From an uncultured Klebsiella sp. (GTDB taxonomy: Bacteria; Verrucomicrobiota; Verrucomicrobiia; Limisphaerales; SXTU01), in NCBI GenBank assembly GCA_964591495.1, contig CAZQEW010000002.1, positions 37 through 64,036 on the forward strand: a DNA stretch of 64,000 nt, given 5' to 3'. The position numbers and the translations under genes are program-made. Below the pieces are notes generated by a model. The model had not been told where the DNA came from, searched no databases, and saw only the letters and a program-made list of their open reading frames with translations. Every line of letters starts with the position of its first letter. Within the stretch, counting starts at the first letter, position 1. This document shows, piece by piece, positions 54,794 to 64,000 of this stretch.

Positions 54794-57265
54794 ATGTCTC
54801 GCGCCTTCGGCCAAAGGCTTCAGCAACTGCCAGTATTCTTCGGGATGCTGCTGGCAGGATGGACGCTTGTCCTGTCTGCCCCCGCATTTGACGGCGGTTA
54901 TCAAAATGCTCCCGCGCCCATTTCCGATCTGTTGTCCAGCCCCGCGCCGGCCTCCGTTTACTTCAGTCCTCAGCGCGACGCGATGCTGACCTACCGCGTG
55001 GAGCGTCATCCGCCCGTGGCGGACCTGGCCGAGCCGGTGTTGCGGTTGGCGGGGCTGAGGATTAATCCCGCCAACAACGGCCCTCACCGCACGGCCCGTT
55101 GTGTCGAACTCACCTTGCATCCCCTGCCCGAGGGCAAGACGAGGCCCATCACCCTGCCCGCAAATTCACGGATCTCGATTCCAACGTGGTCCCCGGATGG
55201 CAAGCAGTTCGCCTTCCTTCGCTTTGGCTCGCGCGAAATTGAACTGTGGGTGGGCGAAAGCAAACGCGGCTCCGTGCGCCGATTGCGCGGCGGCATCAGC
55301 GCGGTAACCGGTGAATCAATCCACTGGATGCCGGACAGCCACGGCATTGTCTGCCAGATCGTCCCCGCCAACCGCCCAAAACCGCCTGGGGAAGCGCGTG
55401 TGCCCCGCGGCCCCGTGGTGCAGGAGAGCACGGGTAAAGTCGCCCCGGCCCGCACCTTTCAGGACCTGCTCGAATCGCCCCACGACGAGGCCTTGTTTGA
55501 ATACTACGCCACCGCCCAACTGGCACATGTCAACACCCGCACTGGCGATTCAAAACTCATCGGAGCGCCGGCCATTTTCTCCAGCACGGAGGTTGCGCCG
55601 GACGGACGGCATATTCTCGTATCGCGAATTCAACGGCCCTACTCGTATCAACTCCCCGCCAGTATGTTCCCGCGGATCGTGGAGGTCTGGAGCTTGGATA
55701 GTCCTGCGGTTTATCCTTTGACCAATCTGCCATTGGCCGAAGAAATCCCCATCGGTGGCGTGCGCACCGGGCCCCGCAATTACCAATGGCGCGCCACCCA
55801 TCCGGCAACGCTGGTCTGGGTGGAAGCGCTTGATGGCGGCGATCCACGCAGAAAAGTCCCGCACCGGGACCGCGTTTTAATGCTGGAGGCCCCCTTTGCC
55901 GCCAACCCCACTGAGCTGGCTCGGACCGAACATCGCTTCCAAACTCTCACGTGGAGTGAACGGCCAGACGTGGCGCTGCTGCGCGAGCATCAATCCAGCC
56001 GACGCTGGAACCGCACCTGGCTGATCAACCCCAATGCGCCATCTGAATCCCCGCGCCTCCTTTGGGATGTCTCCTCCCAGGACCGTTACAGCGATCCTGG
56101 CCAACCATTGCTGCGCCCGCTGACCAACGGCTTCCGCGCCGCACGCGTGCATGAAGGCAACCTGTTCCTTGTGGGAAACGGCGCCTCACCAGAGGGTGAG
56201 CGGCCATTTCTTGACAGTTTCAACCTGGTTTCGCAGCGCACGGAACGCCTGTTCCAGAGTGACGAAACGGCGCATGAATCAGTTATCGCCCTGCTCAAGC
56301 CGGACGCCTCCCAGTTCATCACGCGCCGCGAATCCCCCACTCGGCCAGCCAATTACTTCATCCGCTCGCTGGCGGAAAACACGCGGCTGGCCATTACTGA
56401 TTTCCCCGACCCCACGCCGCAGTTGCGGGGCATCCGTAAACAGCTGGTGACCTACCAGCGGCCCGACGGCGTTCCACTTTCCTTCACCCTCTACCTGCCC
56501 GCCGACTACCAACCCGGCCAACGACTTCCCACCCTGCTTTGGGCCTATCCGCGCGAGTTCAACGATGCCGACACCGCCGGACAAGTCACGGCCTCGGCCA
56601 ACCGATACACAAGCTTTACGGGGGCCAGCCATCTGTTTTTGGCAACCCAAGGCTACGCCGTGCTCGACAATGCCACGATGCCCGTGATCGGCGACCCCAA
56701 GAAAGCCAACGACACGTTCCTGGAACAGATCATCTCCAGTGCCAAAGCCGCCGTGGACAAGGCGGTTGAAATGGGCATAACCGACCCGAACCGTGTGGCC
56801 GTCGGTGGTCACAGCTACGGCGCGTTCATGGTGGCAAATCTCATGGCGCACACGGATATCTTCAAGGCCGGCGTGGCCCGCAGCGGCGCTTACAATCGCA
56901 CCCTGACGCCCTTCGGCTTCCAGAATGAGCGCCGGACACTGTGGGAAGCGCCCGAAATTTACACCCGGGTATCCCCTTTCATGTTCGCTCATCGCATCAA
57001 GGAACCGCTCCTGCTCATCCACGGAGAGGCAGACAATAACCCCGGGACCTTTCCCATACAGAGCGAGCGCCTCTATCAGGCGGTCAAAGGCAACGGCGGA
57101 ATTACGCGTCTGGTCCTCCTGCCCCACGAAAGCCACGGCTACGAGGCGCGGGAGAGCGTGGAGCACGTGCTCTGGGAGACCATTCAATGGCTCGACAAAC
57201 ACGTGAAGCGAGCTCCCGAGCCCAGTGTCAGCACGTTTACCCCGAGCGATCTGCCGCCACCTTGA
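54794..57265 (+). CDS. S9 family serine peptidase (prolyl oligopeptidase/dipeptidyl peptidase-like) with N-terminal beta-propeller
   Basis: Signal peptide; nucleophile elbow GGHSYGAF; later HGEADNN (Asp) and ESHGY (His). Confidence 0.88.
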   Translation: MSRAFGQRLQQLPVFFGMLLAGWTLVLSAPAFDGGYQNAPAPISDLLSSPAPASVYFSPQRDAMLTYRVERHPPVADLAEPVLRLAGLRINPANNGPHRTARCVELTLHPLPEGKTRPITLPANSRISIPTWSPDGKQFAFLRFGSREIELWVGESKRGSVRRLRGGISAVTGESIHWMPDSHGIVCQIVPANRPKPPGEARVPRGPVVQESTGKVAPARTFQDLLESPHDEALFEYYATAQLAHVNTRTGDSKLIGAPAIFSSTEVAPDGRHILVSRIQRPYSYQLPASMFPRIVEVWSLDSPAVYPLTNLPLAEEIPIGGVRTGPRNYQWRATHPATLVWVEALDGGDPRRKVPHRDRVLMLEAPFAANPTELARTEHRFQTLTWSERPDVALLREHQSSRRWNRTWLINPNAPSESPRLLWDVSSQDRYSDPGQPLLRPLTNGFRAARVHEGNLFLVGNGASPEGERPFLDSFNLVSQRTERLFQSDETAHESVIALLKPDASQFITRRESPTRPANYFIRSLAENTRLAITDFPDPTPQLRGIRKQLVTYQRPDGVPLSFTLYLPADYQPGQRLPTLLWAYPREFNDADTAGQVTASANRYTSFTGASHLFLATQGYAVLDNATMPVIGDPKKANDTFLEQIISSAKAAVDKAVEMGITDPNRVAVGGHSYGAFMVANLMAHTDIFKAGVARSGAYNRTLTPFGFQNERRTLWEAPEIYTRVSPFMFAHRIKEPLLLIHGEADNNPGTFPIQSERLYQAVKGNGGITRLVLLPHESHGYEARESVEHVLWETIQWLDKHVKRAPEPSVSTFTPSDLPPP

Positions 57266-57315
57266 GCGCTTACGCGGAAGGTGCACCGCGGCGAACTTTG
57301 GTCGGCGGAGGCTTG

Positions 57316-57341
57316 GCTTGGCGAAAAAGTTACCGCCAAGC
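57316..57341 (+). terminator. hairpin downstream of the peptidase gene (weak terminator candidate)
   Basis: gcttggcg (57316-57323) pairs with cgccaagc (57334-57341). No U-tract follows. Confidence 0.3.
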
Positions 57342-57518
57342 AGTTGGTTCCAATATCGGGTGGTTAAATTCTCCCCGCAAACCTCGGATAACCTCTGCTG
57401 GAGCGGATTTTGACAGCTGATGGTCAGACTCTGGGCAATGGATCAAAACCATGCGGGATACTCCTGCCGGCCACTGATTCCAATGGCTTTTTACGGGACT
57501 CGTTACTAGCCTACCGCC

Positions 57519-58916
57519 ATGCCAGAGAAGAGTGCGAGCGATGTTTCACGCGCGATCCGGGAGCAATACGAGAAGGGCGTCGCAGCCATTGATAGAAACA
57601 ATTTGGACTACGCCATCGAACTGCTTCTGGCTGCGGTAAAGGCGGAGCCGGGGTTCATCGTGGCCCGGGACGCTTTGCGGCGCGCCGCCAACAAGAAGGC
57701 TGGCCAGAGCACCGGGCTCTTCAAAAAACTGGTGTCCAGCGCGAGCAGCAGCCCCGCGCTGGCCAAAGCGAGGCTCATTACGGAAAGCCAGCCGCTGGAG
57801 GCGATGTTCGTGGCGGAGCAAGTTCTCGCCGGTGATCCGCGCAGCGGGCTGGCGCATGACATTTTCGCGAAGGCTGCGGTGGCCGCCGATTTTCATCGCA
57901 GCGCGATTCTTTCGCTGGAGGTCTTGCGGCAGGAAAATCCGGCCGACAAGGAAGTGTCCATCCGCTTGGCCGGAGCTTACACCGCCATCGGAAACAGCCA
58001 AAAGGCAGAGGCTGTCTTTGCCGCGCTCCTGAAACACCACCCCCATGATCCAGCGCTCAACGAGATGGCCAAAAACATCTCGGCGAGCCGAACCCTGAGC
58101 CAGGGCGGCTACGAGAATCTGGCCGATGGCACGGGCAGCTTCCGGCAGGCCCTGCGCAACAAGGAAGAGGCTGTCCAACTGGAGCAGGAGTCGCGCATCA
58201 ACAAGGACTCCACGCAGGCGCAAAGCCTGATTACCGAGTATCTCAGCCGGCTGGAGGCCGATCCGGCCAACGTCAAGCTTCTGCGCAACATCGCGGAGCT
58301 CTACGCCCAGCAAAAGGACTACTACAGGGCGATTGAGTTCTACCAGAAGATCGAGGCCATTCCCGGAGCCATGGACTCTGCGCTCGAACAGGCGCGGAAC
58401 GAGATGGTCGTCAAGCGCTTCAACCAGGTCATCGAGCAACTCGACCCGGCGCAGGAAGATTACGAGCAGCAGAAAGCTACGCTCGCGGCACAACGCGACC
58501 AGTTCCTGCTGGATGACTGCAAAGCTCGCGTGGACAAATATCCCACCGACCTCGCCATTCGCTTTGATCTGGGGCTGCTGCTCTTCAATCATGGCCGCAT
58601 CAGCGAGGCCATCCCCGAATTCCAGAAGGCGGAGAACAATCCCCACAAGCGCCTTCAGGCGATGCTCCACAGCGCCCGCTGCTTTGCCGCGCGCAACATG
58701 AACGACATGGCCGCGCGCAAGCTCCAGACGGCCCTGAAGGAAAAGGCGGCGTTTGACGAGGAGCGCAAGGAACTGCTCTACACGCTTGGTTGCGTGCTGG
58801 AGAAGATGGGTAAGGCCGAGGAGGCCATGGATCAATTCAAGCAGATTTACGAGGTGGACGTTGGTTTCCGGGATGTGGCCAAGCGCGTGGATGACTACTA
58901 CGCCGGACAAGGGTGA
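57519..58916 (+). CDS. tetratricopeptide-repeat protein
   Basis: Repeated 34-residue A/L/Y-patterned helices (e.g. AELYAQQKDYYRAIEFYQKIEAI, LGCVLEKMGKAEEAMDQFKQIYEVD). Confidence 0.85.
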   Translation: MPEKSASDVSRAIREQYEKGVAAIDRNNLDYAIELLLAAVKAEPGFIVARDALRRAANKKAGQSTGLFKKLVSSASSSPALAKARLITESQPLEAMFVAEQVLAGDPRSGLAHDIFAKAAVAADFHRSAILSLEVLRQENPADKEVSIRLAGAYTAIGNSQKAEAVFAALLKHHPHDPALNEMAKNISASRTLSQGGYENLADGTGSFRQALRNKEEAVQLEQESRINKDSTQAQSLITEYLSRLEADPANVKLLRNIAELYAQQKDYYRAIEFYQKIEAIPGAMDSALEQARNEMVVKRFNQVIEQLDPAQEDYEQQKATLAAQRDQFLLDDCKARVDKYPTDLAIRFDLGLLLFNHGRISEAIPEFQKAENNPHKRLQAMLHSARCFAARNMNDMAARKLQTALKEKAAFDEERKELLYTLGCVLEKMGKAEEAMDQFKQIYEVDVGFRDVAKRVDDYYAGQG

Positions 58917-58923
58917 GGCACCA

Positions 58924-59370
58924 TTGACTACGCGGAAAAAACTAACCGCTTGGCTGCCGCTGGGCCTGTGGATGGCCCTGTTGTTCGGAATCTCCACCGA
59001 AATAGGAGCGCCCCGTCGCACCTCACGCATCTTGGTTCCACTGCTCCGCTGGCTCGTGCCGGACATTTCACCTGCCGCACTGGATCGCACGCACTTCTTA
59101 GTGCGAAAGGCAGGACATGCGCTCGGCTACGCCGTGCTCGCTGCCCTGCTGTGGCGCGCCCGCCGGCTCAGCCGGCCAGAGGGCGAGACCGTGAGCTGGC
59201 CCAGGGATGCCGCCATTGTCCTCGGGATGGCAGTCCTATTTGCGGCCAGCGATGAGTGGCACCAAACCTTTTCGCCTTCGCGGCAAGGGTCTTTGTCCGA
59301 CGTTTTGCTCGATGCTGCCGGAGCCGGCAGCGCTCTCCTCGCCATCGGATTGCGCAGGAGATGGCAGTAA
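58924..59370 (+). CDS. VanZ-family membrane protein
   Basis: VRKAGHALGYAVLAALLW and SDEWHQTFSPSRQGSLSDVLLDAAGA. A TTG start is inferred 8 nt after the TPR stop. Confidence 0.75.
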   Translation: MTTRKKLTAWLPLGLWMALLFGISTEIGAPRRTSRILVPLLRWLVPDISPAALDRTHFLVRKAGHALGYAVLAALLWRARRLSRPEGETVSWPRDAAIVLGMAVLFAASDEWHQTFSPSRQGSLSDVLLDAAGAGSALLAIGLRRRWQ

Positions 59371-59515
59371 GGTCAGCGGCTCCCATTCCTGGCGGAAGGG
59401 AGCCCCTCATCGGCGATGGTTGCGCCCGCGTTTGCGGAATTGCGCGAGCCAGCCAGACTAATTGTTGAACTCAGTTGAGTCACAACCAAGCCCGCCACCA
59501 CCAACAACCCCGGGG

Positions 59516-61972
59516 ATGTTTACGGCGCTGGCCCGCAAACACCCGCTTGCGCCGGTGGCAGTCGCGTATGTCACCGGCGTGCTTGCCGGCTGGTGGATGC
59601 CTTTGCCGCTGGGCTGGTTATTTTGCATCTCGGGAACCCTTGCCCTTGCAGCTGCCCTGTGGCCGATGAGGTTGGGATGGCTGCTGTGGCCGCTATTGAT
59701 GGGACTGGGCTGGACAAACATGGCCCTGCACACGGCGGTGCTGTCCCCGGTGGACCTGCGCGTGCTCGCCAAGGATGCGCCGGAGTTGGTCATGATTCGC
59801 GCCCGGCTGGTAGAGACCCCCACCTTGCGGATCTTCGAGGGCGACGAGCAGGCCACTTGGCGGACCCATGCGCTGGTGGAAGTTACCGGTCTCCGCCGGA
59901 GCCATGAGTGGATGCCCGCAGCCGGCCGGCTGGCCGTGACCACACCGGGCGTGCTGGGGGCCAATTTTTTTGCCGGACGAGCCGTGGAACTCACCGGGAT
60001 TCTCCGCGAGCCTCGCGGTGCCCTCGCTCCCGGGCTGTTCGACTACCGGGCGTTCCTCGCGTGGCAGGGCATTTGGCATCAACTCCAATGCGCGGACACC
60101 AACGACTGGCGGCTGGCGGTGGACGTCCCCCAACCCGCCGCCCCACCGATCGCAGATCAGTTCCGCGAATGGGCGCAGCGAACCCTTGCTCGCGGTCTGC
60201 CCATGCAGGACCAGGAACTTCGGCTCTTGTGGGCGATGACCCTCGGCTGGCGCACCGCGCTGACCGACGAGGTGGCGGAACCATTCATGCGCTCAGGCAC
60301 CATGCACATTTTTGCCATCAGCGGGCTTCACATCGCGCTGATCGCCGGAATCCTCGTGGCCGTGCTGCGGGCGGCCCAGCTGCCCCGCGGTGCGTGCGGA
60401 GTGGTCATCGTGCCGCTCATCTGGTTTTACACGGCGGCCACGGGTTGGCAGCCCTCGGCCATCCGCTCGACGATCATGATGACGCTGATCATTGCGGGCT
60501 GGGCGCTGCGTCGGCCGGGTAACCTGCTCAATTCACTGGCTGCCTCCGGCTGCATCATTCTCCTGTGGCAGCCAACGCAGCTTTTCCAGGCCAGCTTCCA
60601 ACTTTCCTTCTTCGTCGTGCTCGCCATCGCATTGCTGCTGCCACCCTTTGAGAACCTCCGCCAGCGACTGCTCCAAGCCGACCCGCTGCTACCCGACGAA
60701 CTGCGCCCGCGCTGGCAGCGCTGGCTCGACTGGCCGGTGCGTTTCATCACCACGAGCTTCGCGACGTCCCTGGCCGCATGGCTGGGCTCGCTGCCTCTGA
60801 TCGCTTACTACTTTCACCTCGTCACACCTGCCAGTTTGCTGGCGAACCTGGTGGTAGTGCCCCTGAGCGGCCTGGCGCTCATGGCCAACTTGGGGGCGCT
60901 GGTGACCGGCGATTGGCTGCCGTGGCTTACGGACCTCTTTAATCACTCCGGCTGGCTCTTCATGCATGGCATGATCTGGTTCAGCGGGTGGACGACAAAC
61001 TTGCCTTGGGCTTACTTCCATGTCCGCGCACCAACGGCGTTCGAGTTCTTTGCGTTCTACCTGATCGTGTTCCTGCTGGTCACCGGTTGCCTTTGGACCG
61101 ATGGCCGGCGGCGGTGGGCGTGGGCCTTCATCCTCGCAGTGGCCGTGCTCTGGCTGGCGGGGGAATTTCGCACCCGCGATGTAACGCGGCTGACGGTGCT
61201 GGGACACGGGGCGCATGCGATATTCTGCGACGCCCCGGGCCGCAACCACGACGTGCTGGTGGACTGCGGCAACGAGAACACCGCCGCGCAATTCGTGAAG
61301 CCATTTCTCCATGCGCACGGCTTCGGCACGCTCCCGCACCTGGTGCTGACCCACGGGGACCGGCGTCACATCGGTGGTTTTCAGGAGATTATCCAAGAAT
61401 TCATGCCCCGGTTCATTTACACCAGCCCGGCGCGCTCGCGTTCGCCGGCCTATCGCGACGCACGCAAATGGCTGGAGGCGAATCCAACTCGCGCGAAGAT
61501 CTCCTCCGCAGGCGACCGCATCGGCGACTGGGAGGTGTTGCATCCGGCAGCCGGCGACAAGTTCGAGCGGGCCGACGACAACGCGCTGGTGCTCAGCCTC
61601 CGGCTGCCTAGCCTGCGCGTGCTGTTGCTGTCAGAACTGGGGGCCTCCGGGCAGCGCGCCCTGCTCGCCCGCGGCGGCGACCTCCACGCGGACGTGGTGA
61701 TTGCCGGCTTGCCCGAGCAAGGCGAGCCGCTCGAAGCCGACCTGCTGGCAGCCATCCAACCTCGGATCGTGCTGTTGACCGACGCGGAGTTTCCGGTGAC
61801 GAAGCGAGCCAAACCCGAGTTGCGAAACCGGCTTAGCGCTGGAGGCGCAGCGCTTTTGTCGCTGCGGGAGGCCGGAACCCTCTGCATCAGCGCGACGGCG
61901 GAGGGGGCAACAATCCGGTCAGTTGACGGGCGGCTGTGGACAGAGCTGTCGGGCAAATTGTCGGCCCGTTAG
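59516..61972 (+). CDS. comEC: ComEC/Rec2 DNA internalization channel with C-terminal metallo-beta-lactamase domain
   Basis: Competence domain MHIFAISGLHIALIAGIL, many TM helices, and an MBL region VLTHGDRRHIGG. Confidence 0.9.
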   Translation: MFTALARKHPLAPVAVAYVTGVLAGWWMPLPLGWLFCISGTLALAAALWPMRLGWLLWPLLMGLGWTNMALHTAVLSPVDLRVLAKDAPELVMIRARLVETPTLRIFEGDEQATWRTHALVEVTGLRRSHEWMPAAGRLAVTTPGVLGANFFAGRAVELTGILREPRGALAPGLFDYRAFLAWQGIWHQLQCADTNDWRLAVDVPQPAAPPIADQFREWAQRTLARGLPMQDQELRLLWAMTLGWRTALTDEVAEPFMRSGTMHIFAISGLHIALIAGILVAVLRAAQLPRGACGVVIVPLIWFYTAATGWQPSAIRSTIMMTLIIAGWALRRPGNLLNSLAASGCIILLWQPTQLFQASFQLSFFVVLAIALLLPPFENLRQRLLQADPLLPDELRPRWQRWLDWPVRFITTSFATSLAAWLGSLPLIAYYFHLVTPASLLANLVVVPLSGLALMANLGALVTGDWLPWLTDLFNHSGWLFMHGMIWFSGWTTNLPWAYFHVRAPTAFEFFAFYLIVFLLVTGCLWTDGRRRWAWAFILAVAVLWLAGEFRTRDVTRLTVLGHGAHAIFCDAPGRNHDVLVDCGNENTAAQFVKPFLHAHGFGTLPHLVLTHGDRRHIGGFQEIIQEFMPRFIYTSPARSRSPAYRDARKWLEANPTRAKISSAGDRIGDWEVLHPAAGDKFERADDNALVLSLRLPSLRVLLLSELGASGQRALLARGGDLHADVVIAGLPEQGEPLEADLLAAIQPRIVLLTDAEFPVTKRAKPELRNRLSAGGAALLSLREAGTLCISATAEGATIRSVDGRLWTELSGKLSAR

Positions 61973-62049
61973 CCATCCGAATCCACTCTTGCGCTTTGGA
62001 GCTTCAATCCTACACTCGCCCTCCCGCTGCCCACCAGCCAGCGATCGCA

Positions 62050-63252
62050 ATGAGCCAGCGCCGGATTTTCTACTTCGATAACAACGCCACGACGCGGGTT
62101 GCCCCCGAGGTCGTCGAGGCAATGACCCCCTTCTTCACCGAACGGTGGGGTAACGCATCGAGCGCCTACGGCTTCGGCAACCAGGTCGTGAAAGACATGG
62201 ACCTCGCCCGCGAACAGGTCGCCGCGCTCATCGGTGCGGACCCACGGGAAATTGTGTTCACCAGTTGCGGCACGGAGGCCAACAACACCGCCCTGCACAG
62301 CGCGTTGATCACGCAGCCGGGGAAACGTCATGTGCTCACCACGGCGGTCGAGCATTCCGCCAACATCAAGTATTGCGAATACCTCCGGCGACGCGGCTAC
62401 GAAGTGACGTTTCTCCCCGTAGAGTCGGATGGCTCCCTGGACCTTCATCTCCTTGAGAAATCCATCCGGCCGGACACTGCGATCGTGTCCGTGATGTGGG
62501 CCAACAACGAGACCGGGGTGCTCTTCCCGCTGGAAGAAATCGCCGCCATCTGCCGGAGCAAGGGCGTGCTTTATCACACCGACGCGGTGCAGGTGCCGGG
62601 CAAACTCAAGGTGGATGTGGACTCGCTGGGCGTGGACTTCCTCTCGCTCTCCGCCCACAAGCTGCACGCGCCCAAGGGTGTCGGCCTGCTCTACTGCCGC
62701 TACACGGCCCCGTTCCATTCCTATCTGATCGGCGGCGGTCAGGAGAAGGGCCGCCGGGGCGGGACTGAGAACGTGCCTTACATCGTCGGCTTCGGGCGTG
62801 CGGCGGAGCTGGCGATGAGCTCCATTGAGGACGAGAACACCCGCATCCGTGCGCTCCGTGACCGGCTCGAACAATCGATTCTGGCCACCATTCCGGACAC
62901 CAGCCGCAATGGCGGCCGGGACAACCGGCTGCCCAACACCAGCAACATCGCCTTCAACGGCTGCGAGGCCGAGGCCATCCTGCTGCTGCTGGACCGCGAG
63001 GGCATTTGTGTTTCCAGTGGTTCAGCCTGCACGACTGGCTCGCTCACACCCAGCCACGTGCTTACGGCGATGGGGCTTTCTTCGGCCCGCGCCAAGGCGT
63101 CCATCCGCTTCAGCCTTGGCATCTATAACACCGCCGAGGAGGTGGATCATCTGCTGGCGAGACTCCCCGGCGTCATCGCGACCGCACGCGGCACGGTCAC
63201 GCCCTCCATCACTCGCAGCTCCAGCGGCGCACCGGCGCTGGTGTCCGCCTGA
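62050..63252 (+). CDS. cysteine desulfurase (class I, NifS/IscS type)
   Basis: IFYFDNNATT, TSCGTEANN, PLP Lys context SLSAHKLHAPKGVG, and active-site loop SSGSACTTGSLTPSHVL. Confidence 0.93.
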   Translation: MSQRRIFYFDNNATTRVAPEVVEAMTPFFTERWGNASSAYGFGNQVVKDMDLAREQVAALIGADPREIVFTSCGTEANNTALHSALITQPGKRHVLTTAVEHSANIKYCEYLRRRGYEVTFLPVESDGSLDLHLLEKSIRPDTAIVSVMWANNETGVLFPLEEIAAICRSKGVLYHTDAVQVPGKLKVDVDSLGVDFLSLSAHKLHAPKGVGLLYCRYTAPFHSYLIGGGQEKGRRGGTENVPYIVGFGRAAELAMSSIEDENTRIRALRDRLEQSILATIPDTSRNGGRDNRLPNTSNIAFNGCEAEAILLLLDREGICVSSGSACTTGSLTPSHVLTAMGLSSARAKASIRFSLGIYNTAEEVDHLLARLPGVIATARGTVTPSITRSSSGAPALVSA

Positions 63253-63287
63253 GAAACTGTCCGCCTCAGGGTCGCCGCTAAGTGCTT

Positions 63288-63314
63288 GCCGCTCCCGGGC
63301 AGGCGGCTTATTTT
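63288..63314 (+). terminator. weak rho-independent terminator candidate
   Basis: gccgc (63288-63292) pairs with gcggc (63303-63307), followed by ttatttt. It lies 36 nt after the desulfurase stop. Confidence 0.35.
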
Positions 63315-63394
63315 GAAGGCGTCGCCTCCCCACGGCCCACGCGGTGAGCAATGAGCAGTCCCAGTGGTTTGGGCTTAGGCTGGCAGACACTCAA

Positions 63395-64000
63395 ATGCGC
63401 GTCATTTACAGCTACCAAGGTCGGGAGGAAATCCGCACTTTCGAGCGCAATGAGGTTCTCATCGGTCGGCTCAGCCCCTTGAGCGCGCCGGACCTTGACT
63501 TTGGGGTTGACCCAACGGTTTCCCGCAAGCACTGCCGCATTAAAATCAACAACGGAGAGGTGTGGATCGAAGATCTACAGAGCACCAACGGGACTGTCGT
63601 AGACGGCGAGTATGTGGAAAGCGCTCCCGTGACCCCACAAAGCGTCATCCGCGCGGGGGAAACCACCGTGCGCATCGAATTCACTGCGCCGGCCGCGCCC
63701 AAACCCGTCGCAGCCAAACCCAAGGCCACCCCGGCTGCGGATGGGTTGCTCATTCCCTCGGTTAACGTCATGGCCCCCTCTGCGGGCCAAACCGCCGCTG
63801 CACCTGGACCCGTTGGCATTCTTCCGCCCAAACCGGGTGTGACTCCGGTGCCGGTATTGCCCAAGCCAGCAATCGCCCCGACGCCCGCGGCGAGCAGTGA
63901 AGCGCCCAAAGTTTCTGTGGTGGTCAGGCCCGCAGCCACCCCGGCCGGGCCCGCGCCATCGGCCACTCCGGTTCCGGTTTCGGCCCCGCCGGAGCCCGCC
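63395..64000 (+). CDS. FHA-domain protein with Pro/Ala-rich extension, 3' end outside the window
   Basis: My own translation, since this ORF is not in the track (no stop in the window): MRVIYSYQGREEIRTFERNEVLIGR...VSRKHCRIKINNGEVWIEDLQSTNGTVVDG, the FHA G-R...S-R-x-H...NGT pattern. A Pro-rich tail then runs to nt 64000 in frame. Confidence 0.75.
   Translation, partial: MRVIYSYQGREEIRTFERNEVLIGRLSPLSAPDLDFGVDPTVSRKHCRIKINNGEVWIEDLQSTNGTVVDGEYVESAPVTPQSVIRAGETTVRIEFTAPAAPKPVAAKPKATPAADGLLIPSVNVMAPSAGQTAAAPGPVGILPPKPGVTPVPVLPKPAIAPTPAASSEAPKVSVVVRPAATPAGPAPSATPVPVSAPPEPA

Noticed and set aside
1-64000. CRISPR arrays, tRNA/rRNA/tmRNA/RNase P/SRP RNA genes, IS elements, integrases
   Set aside because: Reading the intergenic regions showed no regularly spaced short repeats, no cloverleaf-like or conserved RNA cores (e.g. 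gaggaaagtcc, ggttcgaatcc), and no transposase or recombinase-like ORF. An Infernal/tRNAscan run would be the definitive check.

Overview
High-GC (about 60-72%) chromosomal segment with the gene content of a PVC-superphylum bacterium, most likely Verrucomicrobiota. The markers are two DUF1501 genes, a DUF1549/DUF1553 protein, a DUF1592-DUF1552 pair, a DUF1559 prepilin-like protein with [12 protein letters not shown], two formylglycine-type sulfatases, and HEAT/cytochrome 'membrane-bound dehydrogenase' proteins. I call about 55 protein genes. I recognised no rRNA, tRNA, CRISPR array, transposase or integrase. Most genes are ordinary housekeeping: ggt, cobA-hemD fusion, alkA, deoC, fabI, uvrB, exbBD, msrB, two cyclophilins, pilT, comEC, a cysteine desulfurase. 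Many long ORFs in the supplied track are GC-driven antisense shadows and are rejected. The most unusual observations are: (1) a perfect 107-bp direct repeat of the 3' end of a DUF1501 gene brackets a 1.66-kb insert that encodes two paralogous polytopic membrane ORFans, with no recombinase. (2) A single sharply low-GC ORFan is wedged into the DUF1592-DUF1552-ankyrin gene string. (3) A vapBC toxin-antitoxin pair with a 22-bp perfect palindromic operator lies antisense between the normally adjacent DUF1553 and DUF1501 genes, and that string continues into exbB-exbD. (4) A 945-aa membrane-anchored pentapeptide-repeat protein. (5) An abrupt intragenic GC shift in the first gene. I cannot show that any of these is a new functional system; all functional ideas are inference from sequence reading without database searches. 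Start codons are often uncertain because of GTG/TTG starts and the high GC.
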